64,000 bases of DNA, taken from assembly GCA_030141605.1 (NCBI GenBank), contig JAQGDQ010000165.1:310001-374000 (forward strand), given 5' to 3'. The stretch comes from Tubiluchus corallicola (Eukaryota; Animalia; Priapulida). The notes under the pieces are model-generated. The model was not told where the DNA came from. It saw only the letters and a list, made by a program, of their open reading frames with translations, and searched no databases. The translations under genes and the position numbers were made by a program. Below are positions 38,701 to 64,000 of this stretch, piece after piece (the first letter of the stretch is position 1; every line of letters starts with the position of its first letter).

Positions 38701-39870
38701 CATTTCAACTTGCCAATACCCGCTAGCTAGGTCGAAAGTAGAGAACCAGTGGGACCCACGTAATGTGTCAAAAATCTCTTGAATGTTTGGCAGTGGAAAC
38801 CCATCTTTAATTGTCTTTTCATTTAACTGACAATAATCAACGCAAAATCGTGTGGAGCCATCCTTTTTAGTCACCAACACGATCGGTGAGGCCCAGGGAC
38901 TGTTGCTGTGTTCAATAATTTGTTCTTTGAGCATTTTATTTATTTCAGCTTCAGCAATGGCTCTTTTCTGTTCAGCCAGTCTTCTCGGAGCTTGTTTAAC
39001 TGGGTGCTCAGTACCAGTGTCAATAACGTGTCTTACCAAGTTTGTCCTGCCATATTTATTATCGGGCCCCACAAATATATCCTGATATTCCTGTATCAAA
39101 TTTACGAGAGAAGATTGCTCACTAGGTGAAAGCTTAGAGCTGATTTCTTCTATTAGTTGATGCAAGTGCTCAGGGAGCAGAGATTTCGGAGCACCCTTTT
39201 CACCAATATTTTCTGGCAACACTAAGTCAATCTGATTATCTGAAGAAGACTCATGTTCATAATCTGAACTATCCACTGAATTCTTGAAACATTGTATAGT
39301 AACTTCACCAATATGGAGAATTCCTTGCTGCATATCTAGCACAGCACTTCTTGGTTCAAGAAAATCCAATCCTAAAATTCCGAAGGGCCCTCCAATGGAA
39401 GCGACAATCATTGTACTAGTGGTACTTATTCCAGCTAATATAACTTGGAATTCAGCTTCTCCCATTTGAATCAGTGTACTAGTGGTACTTATTCCAGCTA
39501 ATATAACTTGGAATTCAGCTTCTCCCATTTGAATCAGTGTGTGTCCACTAGCTGCTTGAAGATTCTTTTCGGCGCTTTTCAAGACTGGTCTTTCTTCTTC
39601 CGGAATACTATAATACATGTAAACATCTAATATGCTAGCACTGGCTCCACTATCGATTACAAAATCTACATCTAAACTGTTGATTAATAATTCTACATGC
39701 CAACAATATTTATAATCTACTGGTAGAACTACAATGTTCTCACTTCTCTTCTTTATCAGATCGGAGTGAGGAGGAATAACTACTTCTTCTTTGTTCAGAG
39801 CTGCAACTACCTCTTGCTTTCCCGTCACGGGGCCAGTGCAAGGTAGTATTCCTGAGGCCTGTGTATTCAT
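35704..39870 (-). CDS. pol: Gypsy Pol polyprotein (protease, reverse transcriptase, RNase H, integrase)
   Basis: Protease DSGA; RT SPWASP, FDLASGYWQ and YLDD; RNase H TDAS...ELLA...TDH; integrase HHCC, AIDI...SDQG...E and GPY/F. The C-terminus is cut by a frameshift in an A8 run. Confidence 0.96.
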   Translation of the reverse strand: MNTQASGILPCTGPVTGKQEVVAALNKEEVVIPPHSDLIKKRSENIVVLPVDYKYCWHVELLINSLDVDFVIDSGASASILDVYMYYSIPEEERPVLKSAEKNLQAASGHTLIQMGEAEFQVILAGISTTSTLIQMGEAEFQVILAGISTTSTMIVASIGGPFGILGLDFLEPRSAVLDMQQGILHIGEVTIQCFKNSVDSSDYEHESSSDNQIDLVLPENIGEKGAPKSLLPEHLHQLIEEISSKLSPSEQSSLVNLIQEYQDIFVGPDNKYGRTNLVRHVIDTGTEHPVKQAPRRLAEQKRAIAEAEINKMLKEQIIEHSNSPWASPIVLVTKKDGSTRFCVDYCQLNEKTIKDGFPLPNIQEIFDTLRGSHWFSTFDLASGYWQVEMDETSKPKTAFVTRQGLFQFRVMPFGLCNAPATFERLMEEVLRGLQWKNCLVYLDDIIVFGKNFEEAKNNLKTVFSRLRKANLKIKPSKSTLFQTSVRFLGHVVDSQGIRCDPDKILAVKNWTFPKTPTQVRSFLGFALYYRKFIPHFASIADPLTALTKKGATFIWNDSCMAAFNTLIDLLTRSPALAYPTQEGKFILDTDASNSGIGAVLSQLQVDEEKVIAYASRTLNQSQRQYCTTKKELLAVITFVKQFHHYLWGRHFRIRTDHAALTWLINFKNPEGMIARWLSILDTYDFSVEHRKGTQHGNADGLSRKPNTRVSKCPREDCNDDRHKGTKEAHSSKEISKRTRNDILKVPNNAECDFIYAIPAGNGEEESSSFRKGKVRCRKECLCMEGNSRKGEDGLDNVYEDQEAAHRLCITEAPTCGKDAAHDLCSVEAPGDIREAAQKSCLVEAPPHMEEAAHDLCLGEAPYMAEEAAHGSCFVVAPSRILASQEIEVEDEEEKKFVLDLSREDVINMQQEEEAVLLFKELKEEDLDRPSWKDVKDKHPDFKAYWNLFDVLEVRDGLLYKKWETDVTPSAPVYQMVVPTALRRKLFRALHETRTGAHQGIQRSLSLLKQRYYWPGYQADIKRWCLYCAACARRKPGKGPKRGKLQQQRATGPFERIAIDILGPLEETDKKNKVVMVVCDYFTKWAEAYALPNHEAYTVADVLVTEFICRFGVPIQIHSDQGPDFESKLFQEMCAALQIDKTRTTPYHPQSDGLVERFMRTLQQMLAIFVNDHRDDWDDHLPYVMMAYRATAHASTNCSPNLMMFGRENHLPLDVMVGPPPQPERPTQCPQEYVEWIRDVIKEAHNFARESLGKAAERQKRDYDQFVKRLSIDKGNWVWYWYPPATRRKLGQGWQGPYLVLKKINNVTYQIQRDAKAPVKVVHIDNLKLYHTDEPPIDWTEIEKLANSDDEQQLEEFELSRIFPTVNEEVAEKEEMYTTGTTTIQEKK

Positions 39871-39902
39871 GACCGGGACACTGGCCCCATGCCCGGTCTC
39901 CT

Positions 39903-41668
39903 TTAGTTTAACTGCTTATGTACCTGGTTTTCAGAACCAACAGCTTCTTCTCTTGGTCTTTTTGGAGATGTAGCTATCGAAAACTGTGTCATCTTGGGAA
40001 ATCTTTCTCTGCAAAATCTCATCACATGTCCAGGCTTGTGACAGTAGTAACATTCAACCTTCGCACGCCAGTCATTTTGATTTCTCACCTCATTTTGTTT
40101 TTGCATATTTGATTCAACGTTAAACTTCTTTTCTTGTTTTTCAGTATTAGTGAGTTCACGCAGCTGGTATTTTACACTGTTCAGCTCTTTCATAATTTCT
40201 TCCAAAGTTATTTCTTTGCTTGATGATGCTTTGTGTGTATAATTCACTTGGTTGATTCTCGGTTGTAGCGGCTTCTTGCTTCTAGCTTCGGCGGCCTCCT
40301 TAGTCACTGCCTCATATTGTGCAACTTTTGTTATTGCATCCTCAAGCGTTTTTGGTTCCTGGAGGCTGGCATGCTTTCTGACTTCTATGTCACCAAGTCC
40401 TTCCAGGTATTTATCAATTAGTAAAGCTTCACTAGCTTCTTTTGACAAACCAGGATAGGCTAAGCCAAACAAACGTCGAACTGTAGCTCCAAATTCTTCC
40501 GGAGTTTCACTTAATTTTCTCATTCGATGCCTCAGCTCACTGCGATGTTGTAGCATGCGTTCAGCTGGATCAAAACGTTTACCCAGTGCTTGGATGAGTG
40601 ACATGTAAGTCACTTCACCAGAATCCAAATCCATTTCCATTGCAACTTCAAGTGCATCCCCTTCCAAGCATAAGGGTAGGTGGGTCACCCATTCAGTTCT
40701 TGGCCAACTGTTGTGTTTTGCAACTAGTTCAAACTTTGCAATAAATTGTCTGAACTGCAAGCCATCTCCTGTTTTAAAAGTAGGAGGCTTCTTTTCTTTG
40801 CGTATTTTGCCTGCTCCTTTTGCTTGTGTTGTCGCAGTTGGAGTTGACTGTTTGGTAAGATGGGGCAGTGGTGTCCATCCAACTTCAGGCTGATTTGGTG
40901 TTGTATAACTTATATGTGGCCATCTTGGTTCTACTTCTTCACCAGCTTCTGATGCATTTCCCTCTGTTGACCATTCTGACCATGGTGAATGTACTTCTAC
41001 AGGTGGTGCTTCAATCCAGCCTGTATGTCTCGCACGTTTTCGCTTGCTTTCAGTACTAGGTGTACCGAGATTGGATAAAGTTGTTTTTGGTTTTACAGAT
41101 GGTGTTATCTGTAATGTAGTCGGCTGCAAGCTTTCTTCGTTTTGCAGTGCTGCTGGGAGTGTTGCTCTTCTCTTGCTGAATTTTCTATCTTGTTAAGATG
41201 TGGCAGTGGTGTCCATCCAACTTCAGGCTGATTTGGTGTTGCATAACTTATATGTGGCCATCTTGGTTCTACTTCTTCACCAGCTTCTGATGCATTTCCC
41301 TCTGTTGACCATTCTGACCATGGTGAATGTACTTCTACAGGTGGTGCTTCAATCCAGCCTGTATGTCTCGCACGTTTTCGCTTGCTTTCAGTACTAGGTG
41401 TACCGAGATTGGATAAAGTTGTTTTTGGTTTTACAGATGGTGTTATCTGTAATGTAGTCGGCTGCAAGCTTTCTTCGTTTTGCAGTGCTGCTGGGAGTGT
41501 TGCTCTTCTCTTGCTGAATTTTCTATCTTGTTCTGCTCCATCTGTTTCCATCTTATGCATAGCATTTTCTATGTGGACCTCTGTATTTTGTGCTCCCACA
41601 ATTGTATCAGTGTTACTTTTAGGAGTGGAAGTCAGAAAGGATTTTAAGTAGGATAATATAGCTGTCAT
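39903..41668 (-). pseudogene. gag: gag, split into two ORFs by a 338-bp internal tandem duplication
   Basis: Capsid-like region (LPLCLEGDA) and CCHC knuckle CYYCHKPGHVMRFC. ORFs 41105-41668 and 39903-41129 share a duplicated peptide. Confidence 0.88.
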
Positions 41669-41738
41669 TTTACCAATTTTATTACAGCTTGCCGTTCTTA
41701 CTCAGTTTGAATCACAATGCCTCAAAACAAAATTCAAA

Positions 41739-41756
41739 ATCCCGGACGAGCCCCCA
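41739..41756 (-). promoter_or_regulatory. Primer-binding site complementary to tRNA-Pro
   Basis: TGGGGGCTCGTCCGGGAT lies 3 nt inside the 5' LTR boundary and is the well-known 18-nt tRNA-Pro PBS. Confidence 0.92.
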
Positions 41757-41759
41757 AAA

Positions 41760-43544
41760 TGTAGTGTGGCACAGCTCGGCTTAAGGGTATGATATTAGGT
41801 TAAAGTGCCACCTATCATTGACTTCTGCAACTAACTTTATTTTACTTTATTTTTACATAAAAAAATGTTGGGTTCAGCTTTGACAATATCTTGAGGCTAC
41901 TTGTAATTCAAATTTAAACTGAGTAAAAGCAACAACAAGTGAACTAAGATTAAAAATAATTTATTCTATTGGCTTTACTATAAAATACAGCTAATTTTAG
42001 TTAGGTAAAATCCACAATCATCAATACTATTCTTGTTTCTAGTTAAAGAAATCTTCTATAGCAATTGCAATTGGTCATGCAAAGAATGCTAGAGTCCAGG
42101 TTTCAGTAAGATTAAGCAGTTGCAATTTTCATGCCAGTCCTGTGTATAGGTACTATGTTCCTGTTCCACATTTAACTAAAAGTGAGCAAAACTATGATCC
42201 AGTCTCTTCTTTCACTTATTTGTATAAGATCTCGAATAACCCCGGATCAATAGCTAGCTGACTTGTGATCTGCAACTTTTTTTTAAGTGGAACTTTTTCA
42301 TTCCAGGAATTTTCTGCAACTTTTCTATTCTGCAACTCTTTAAATTCTGCAACTCTTTAAGTTCTGCAACTCTTTAAATTCTGCAACTCTTTTCAATTCT
42401 GCAACTCTTTTCAATTCTGCAACTCTTTTAATTCTGGAACTCTTCTATTCTGCAACTCTTTTCAATTCTGCAACTCTTTTAATTCTGGAACTCTTCTATT
42501 CTGGAACTCTTTTAATTCTGCAACTCTTTCATTCTGGAACTCTTCTATTCTGCAACTCTTTTAATTCTGGAACTCTTTTAATTCCTGGAACTCTTTTAAT
42601 TCTGCAACTCTTTTAATTCTGGAACTCTTTCATTCCAAGAATTTTCTTTTAACTCCAGGAAATTTCTGCAACTCTTTTAATTCCAGGAAATTTCTGCAAC
42701 TCTTTTAATTCTGGAACTCTTTTAATTCCTGGAAATTACTGGAACTCTTTTAATTCCTGGAAATTACTGGAACTCTTTTGATCTTGGATTTTCCTGGAAC
42801 TCTCAGCAACTCTTTTAAATCTTGGATTTTCCTGGAACTCTCAGCAACTCTTTTAAATCTTGGATTTTCCTGGAACTCTTTTTGTCTCTGCAACTGCTTT
42901 AATCCTGAAACCCTTTTCTAGCTTCTCTTTTGGTTTCTAGAACCTAGTGTTTCTGGAACTCTTTTCTAGGTTCTAGATTCCTGACACATCCTAGCTAGTT
43001 TTGAAAGCTAGCTTTATCTAGTAAGTTAAAACTTACTTCTCATCCTGCTTCTTTTCCATGTTTAGATGAATCTTCAGTTGCTGTAGCTCTTTATCACTTT
43101 GAAAATGTTCGGATGTGTGTGGTCAATAGCCTGGCCCTCCCTTTATATAGCCGCCTGAGCGTCGGCGTCGCTAAGTTACCCTGGATTGTGCATTGTAACC
43201 GAGGGGTGGGCTGTTCATTACACTTTGTTACTTTCAGTCTTCTAATTATAATTTCATCAATTTGTTTTGCTCTTTTTTTAACAGCGCATATGTTTGTCTA
43301 CATTTAATCTAATTTATCAGCTTATGTTTGATCCTTTTTGTTTTTATTTTCTTGTTTTCCAAACCGGGAATTCACCGGGTTCTAAAGTTTCATCGCCCTG
43401 TGTTTATCTTTCGGTCAGCATCTGGTGTGCTCGCCGAATAGCGAAGATGTGCATAACATAAGAGCATCCATAATGGCTGCGTCCATAGTGCGTGTAAACA
43501 ATATTAAAATTCCGATGATTATATTTTTTTTAGAGAATATTACA
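41760..43544 (-). repeat. 5' LTR, with TATA box (TATATAAA ~43142-43149) and ATG mini-exon 43059-43037
   Basis: TG...CA termini. Direct repeat of 32080-33930. Confidence 0.94.
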
Positions 43545-44682
43545 ATATTACTCGATTTTGTTCTGCAGTAAAACCATCAATAATTTGTTTGAAAATTGTG
43601 CACAGAAATCACAGCTAAATTATTTTAATTGCATGATGTTTCAATCATTTTAATGATATGGAACATATGTGATTGAAGTGCCAAATTATTCGAATCTATA
43701 GTTTTACATTCGAATCTAGTTCGAACTAAAAAACTCGTTCGACTCGAATTCAAATGTTCGTATTATTGATGGCCATTATACTGCTGTACCATATACAGCA
43801 TAATTGTTGTACCTCAACGAGATATTCTTTTAGCCTTGAGGGGTGATAGATAGGAGAAATAGCCTCCTAAAACATGCAGTGTTTGCAAACTAGTTGGAAT
43901 GCATTCAAGGGGTATCTTGATGACATATGGCAAAACTGCTGCTGCAATACTGAAGCAGTGCCTTCAAGCAAATTTTAGTCAATATGTAATGTTCTTTGTA
44001 ATCTTAATGAGGACATTACAGGGCTTTACGTTTTTAATGTTAAAGATGACAGGTCTCACTCATAATTAGCATTATCTTAATAATTATTTGTATAGTTTTC
44101 AAGAACAGAATGGTCAACAGGCTAATGCCTAACACGTGGGTGATGGTATGGTGTCCTAAACCACTATTTCACATGGAGTAGTTTGCCAGCAGATATCATA
44201 TTGCCTCAAGCTCTCGAGTGTAACGTTTTTTTAAAAATGGTTACTGTTTTCAACTTTCTGCAGCATTATCTTCTTTGCAATGCTTTTAAGTTATTTGTTA
44301 TTTTGTTTAACCAACTTTCATGAAACACACGGACCTGTATATAATTATAATAATGACATTTACTCAGTATTTTTTTACAATTTAATAAAATTTAAAAATA
44401 AATTCTCAAAAGCATAAAGTGGTCGTGTAAGCGTACCTTTTGATGTTAATAAAATTGTAGTGACGTCATACGCACAGGAGTTTTTAACTATTGCTGAATT
44501 ACAGTGGTTCCTTTAGCGATAAAATAGGAACTCTTGGGACGAAACATTAGTGATTTGCCGAACTTCTGTGTCTTAAAAATGCCCAAACCTAACGCTGTTT
44601 TAGAAAAAAAACTTTAGAGCAACATTGACGAGTTTAAAACCTATAACTTTGGGTAGTCACCGGTATACCTTGACATTTCAAA

Positions 44683-60162
<15,480 letters not shown>

Positions 60163-60699
60163 ATTTTGTTAGTCTGTGATGATGAAACATGAAATGTATA
60201 TTTATCAGTTTATAACCTGTTACTTGGAGTCTGTTGTAACTCATCACCTGTACGTCGTTTAGTAGTTTTGCAGGTAAATACTTTGTTTGATACGCAGGGA
60301 GGCGAGCAGTAGCAAATCCAAAAGTGCATGAAATTCCAACTTTCGGCTGTAACCGTAGCCGTAGCCGTAGGTACACAATATGGTACGTGCATTTCCATTT
60401 GTAAAGTAACAGAAACAGGTTTTCGCATTTGTTAATGTAGAACATGATAAGTATATTGCTTATTTGTGATTTTGTATGCTAACTTCCTTCAAGTTAAAGT
60501 TGACACGTGTATAAGATGCGGCTTCGTACAATAAATTCAAGTTTGACAGGTCTGTGCAGCGCAATTTACCTTCAAATTACACTTATATCTTAGTTTGCCG
60601 GATCTCGCTTTTACGGATGTCGGAGCAAAACCTGGACTGTTAAAAAGTCCCACATACTAGAGACACAGTCCGTTGTTTCACGAGCTGAACGCTAGTTGA

Positions 60700-60877
60700 C
60701 CGTCACTTTGTTTACATCATTACATCTGTGTAACCAAGCAGCGTGTCACTTTGTTTACATCATTACATCTGTGTAACCAAGCAGCGTGTCACTTTGTTTA
60801 CATCATTACATCAGCGTAACCAAGTAGTGTGTCACTTTGTTTACATCATTACATCAGTGTAACCAAGCAGCGTGTAA
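60700..60877. repeat. ~43-bp tandem repeat, four units
   Basis: Unit gtcactttgtttacatcattacatc.gtgtaaccaagcagcgt. A monomer also occurs at ~57947 within a dispersed repeat. Confidence 0.85.
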
Positions 60878-62084
60878 CGACACGTGTGTAGCTTGTATGT
60901 CAGCTTGTTTAACTGGTTTTGATTAGCAGAGTTATTTGAGTCAATTGCTGACAGTTTTTATACACTTTTGCATAATTGCATGTGGGAGACCCGAACTAGA
61001 CGTTTTTGAGACAATTTGGTGATTGATTCTACATTATCGTGAGTCTAATACACGGCAGTTACTGTATTAGTTTAGTATCGGTAAATACGGACAATCGGCA
61101 AATTTGGACTGACGTCTCCCCGCTTTTGTCCAGCGAACTGAGATATGAATGTAGTTCATTTAGGTAAGCTGTGTCTTAGCTGATACTAGCACGGCATAAT
61201 TTTACTGATATGTTTACTATATAAGATACATAAATGTGGGTTTATGCTATGATTACATTTCTAATGAAATACATCAATCGTCAACATATAAGATCAGTCA
61301 ATGATTTAATCCACTGTTGTTTGTTTGTTTAATATTCGAGTATATAGTCATTTAATGAGATTTTGCTATCTAATTAATAATGCTGCACATAATCTATGCA
61401 TACATGTGCATAAATTATGCAAATTTTTCCTGAGATGTAATATTTACCTCAACGTAAGCATATAATTACAATTCTTACTACAAGCGTATAATCAATACGT
61501 ACAATTCCTAGAACTCACGTGAATTTTATTCTCAACATTATAGCGAGAGTGACGACCGTTTACAATCTTGCTGTTCGACGTACCTCCATGTGCAAGCCTG
61601 CCTGCCTGTTCCTGTCGTGAATAATATCTTCACGTATTCTGCCTGCTTATATCCTGCCGTGAATAACGACTCCAAACATTCAGTTTGCCTAATCCTTCTG
61701 CGCCTTGTTGGCTGTGTTGATTAGTTGTAGATATTGAAATTATGTGATAGAATAAGTAAGCAAGTCGTTTGTTGCAGTTAGTAAAGATTGATGAATTGTA
61801 GAAACTTTGACGTAAGGTATTTCTTTTGAAAGTTTTAACACGTATGATATCCATTTCTCGAAGAACTAGGTTTGAAAATGCTGTGAGTTTTTTTCAAGTA
61901 CAATGTTGTCATCCTTAAAAGTATGTTATTCTCAATTGTTAAGTGTGTTTATGTCTTGCTTATATCTAAATTGATGTAAAAATGTTTGTTTAAATGCAGT
62001 AGCTGAACATATTTAAAAGCTAATATATTTTTCACCTTTATTATCATAAATCTTTACTTAATTAACGTCTAGCATAACGTCAGT

Positions 62085-62350
62085 CGTTCCCGTCGACCGC
62101 CCAATAAGCGTGCAAGATTTTTTCACACCCACGCAGAGCTTATTTAACGCGGTTCTTTCGGGACATTTAGCTGCAGCTGCATATTGCCGGGCATCTAATA
62201 CTGTTATGAAAAATGCAGTCATTCCCGTCAACAGCCCAATCAGCGTGCAGGGTTTTTTCACACCCACGCAGAGCTTATTTAACGCGGTTCTTTCGGGACA
62301 TTTACCTGCAGCTGCATATTGCCGGGCATCTAATACTGTTATAAAAAATG
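62085..62350. repeat. ~135-bp direct tandem duplication
   Basis: tttttcacacccacgcagagcttatttaacgcggttctttcgggacattta... occurs twice. Confidence 0.85.
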
Positions 62351-64000
62351 CTCAACTTTTCATTAGTTAGCGGGAGAAATATTGGCCTGGTTCTAGATTT
62401 CATTATTGTTGATTTAAATTGCCAGTGAATTGGTGGAAATATATAGTCTAGTTTTGTTTATTATAGGAAGAAATGCACAGCGCTTGAGTCTATGAGTTGC
62501 TGATTAAATCATTTTGCTATCAATAAAACACACAGTTTAGTTGTGCTTATGACTTTGCAAGTTAGATAAAAAGCTGAAACAACCAATATGATTGAAAAGG
62601 ATAAATTAACCTAACGAGGTTAGGCGATCATGATTAGACATTAGTTGTCACGTTGTTTACTAAAGACAGTTGTTATCCAGCGTGAGCTGCTGTCCCAAAT
62701 ACCGCTAAGCAGGCTTACGTTACAGCGCACGCGGAGCGACAGACCAATATACTTGACGTCGATTAAGACGTGATGCGTGTCATAGATTAGAACGGACTTT
62801 GGCATTTTCAGTTTTTGTCCTGTGCCATCAGTGTCGTTGATCAACATTTTTAGTACCTGCTTTTTGTGATACGAAAGCAACTTTTGACGAATTTGAAGTA
62901 ATGCAGAGTATTTTAGCTTTCAGACTGTATTATGTCGGCTAAAAACCTTGTTGTTGGTGTGGAAACTTATTAGCGTCTGATACACAATAATGTAAATTTA
63001 TAAAAAAATAAGCTAGAATGCTACAACGTAACCCCCCTCCTGAGAACTGAAAACGAGTATTCCAGATCATTCTGATTTTCCAGGAAGATTCCCGAATAAC
63101 TTGACCTAAAAATGAAATATTAAGTGGCGTTTATGTAGCATCTGGGTGTGGGGAGTCGGTTTACAATGTACCCGTTTACGCAGCCTGAACGTGCATTTTT
63201 TTCCGCAGGTGGAAAACGCACCTGCATTGGCATCCGCGATTCCGGATGCTACGAAAATGCCACATTAGTCTGAATTTCTAATAAGACTAGCAAGCAGTTC
63301 AGTGAATAACTTGTAAAAAAAAGATCATAACACGCAATGATTCAGCAAACGAGCCACAGAGCCGTTTGTTACCATTTCAGATACAATCAATTTGTAAGCT
63401 GTAGCTAATATAAGACACTATAGTCTTTTTTTAAGCAAACATGTACACTAATGTAGTTTTTGAAGGTTCTTAGTAATTATTTCTCGTTAATCAGTCATTT
63501 AAAACATTGTAACTAGAACCAATTACATGTTCCAATTTCTTCGGGTTAATTAACTATATTAGCTACATAAAATTAAATTAAGTTTTATACATTGAATAGG
63601 AAAAACAGCTATGTCTTAGCTAGTTTTTTGTAGGACCTTTAATTTAAACTGTTTATTGATACGATATTTTCACTGTTTGATACACAGATTACATTAAAAT
63701 AATTCAACAGTGATTACATGCTGGGTTAATTGTTTATGGTAAATACTGTGTTTATGTTTAAAGCAAGACTTGTAATATAATTAATTTGTATAATAAAAAT
63801 AAAAACTATTGAACGTTTAATTGAGAAATCACTTATTTCTTAACAATGATTGACGAATCATTATCATTCACATTAAAATCTCATTCCATATCAGATACGT
63901 AATCAGTAGACATTGAATAAACAAACAGTTGTAAATTAATATAAAACTTTCAATTACTTGTGGTGTATTAGAAACAGTATTAAACTAGTTTCTACCTGGT

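Larger units (their letters stand above)
32080..43544 (-). mobile_element. Full-length Gypsy/Ty3 LTR retrotransposon
   Basis: Two near-identical ~1.8-kb LTRs, PBS, PPT, gag, and pol in PR-RT-RH-IN order. No perfect TSD is visible, and the left terminus reads TT instead of TG. Confidence 0.96.

Noticed and set aside
41730-41756. tRNA-Pro gene
   Set aside because: Only the 3' ~25 nt including CCA is present, which is the retroelement PBS.
61200-64000. Possible further gene at the right end
   Set aside because: No convincing exon or recognisable protein motif could be supported by eye.

Overview
AT-rich, intron-containing animal (invertebrate-like) genomic DNA, not prokaryotic. From left to right the window holds: (1) the 5' exons of SUZ12 on the minus strand, continuing off the left edge; (2) two tandemly duplicated six-exon clan-2 cytochrome P450 genes on the minus strand, called CYP-A and CYP-B here; (3) a ~10.9-kb composite Helitron in intron 1 of CYP-A; (4) a full-length Gypsy/Ty3 LTR retrotransposon (~1.8-kb LTRs, tRNA-Pro primer-binding site) about 200 bp upstream of CYP-B; (5) a complete 12-exon VPS4 gene on the plus strand whose introns hold MITEs and minisatellites. 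The Helitron contains head-to-tail non-autonomous units, a PIF1-helicase remnant, a spliced Gln-rich gene and an array of long hairpin repeats. The three most unusual observations are the array of 9-10 conserved ~150-170-nt rod-like hairpins behind the Helitron helicase, a non-histone two-exon gene ending in a perfect histone 3' stem-loop with a candidate downstream element, and a non-env zinc-finger ORF3 in the LTR element whose start codon appears to come from a mini-exon in the LTR. All calls were made by eye with no database searches or folding programs. Coordinates marked ~ are approximate.
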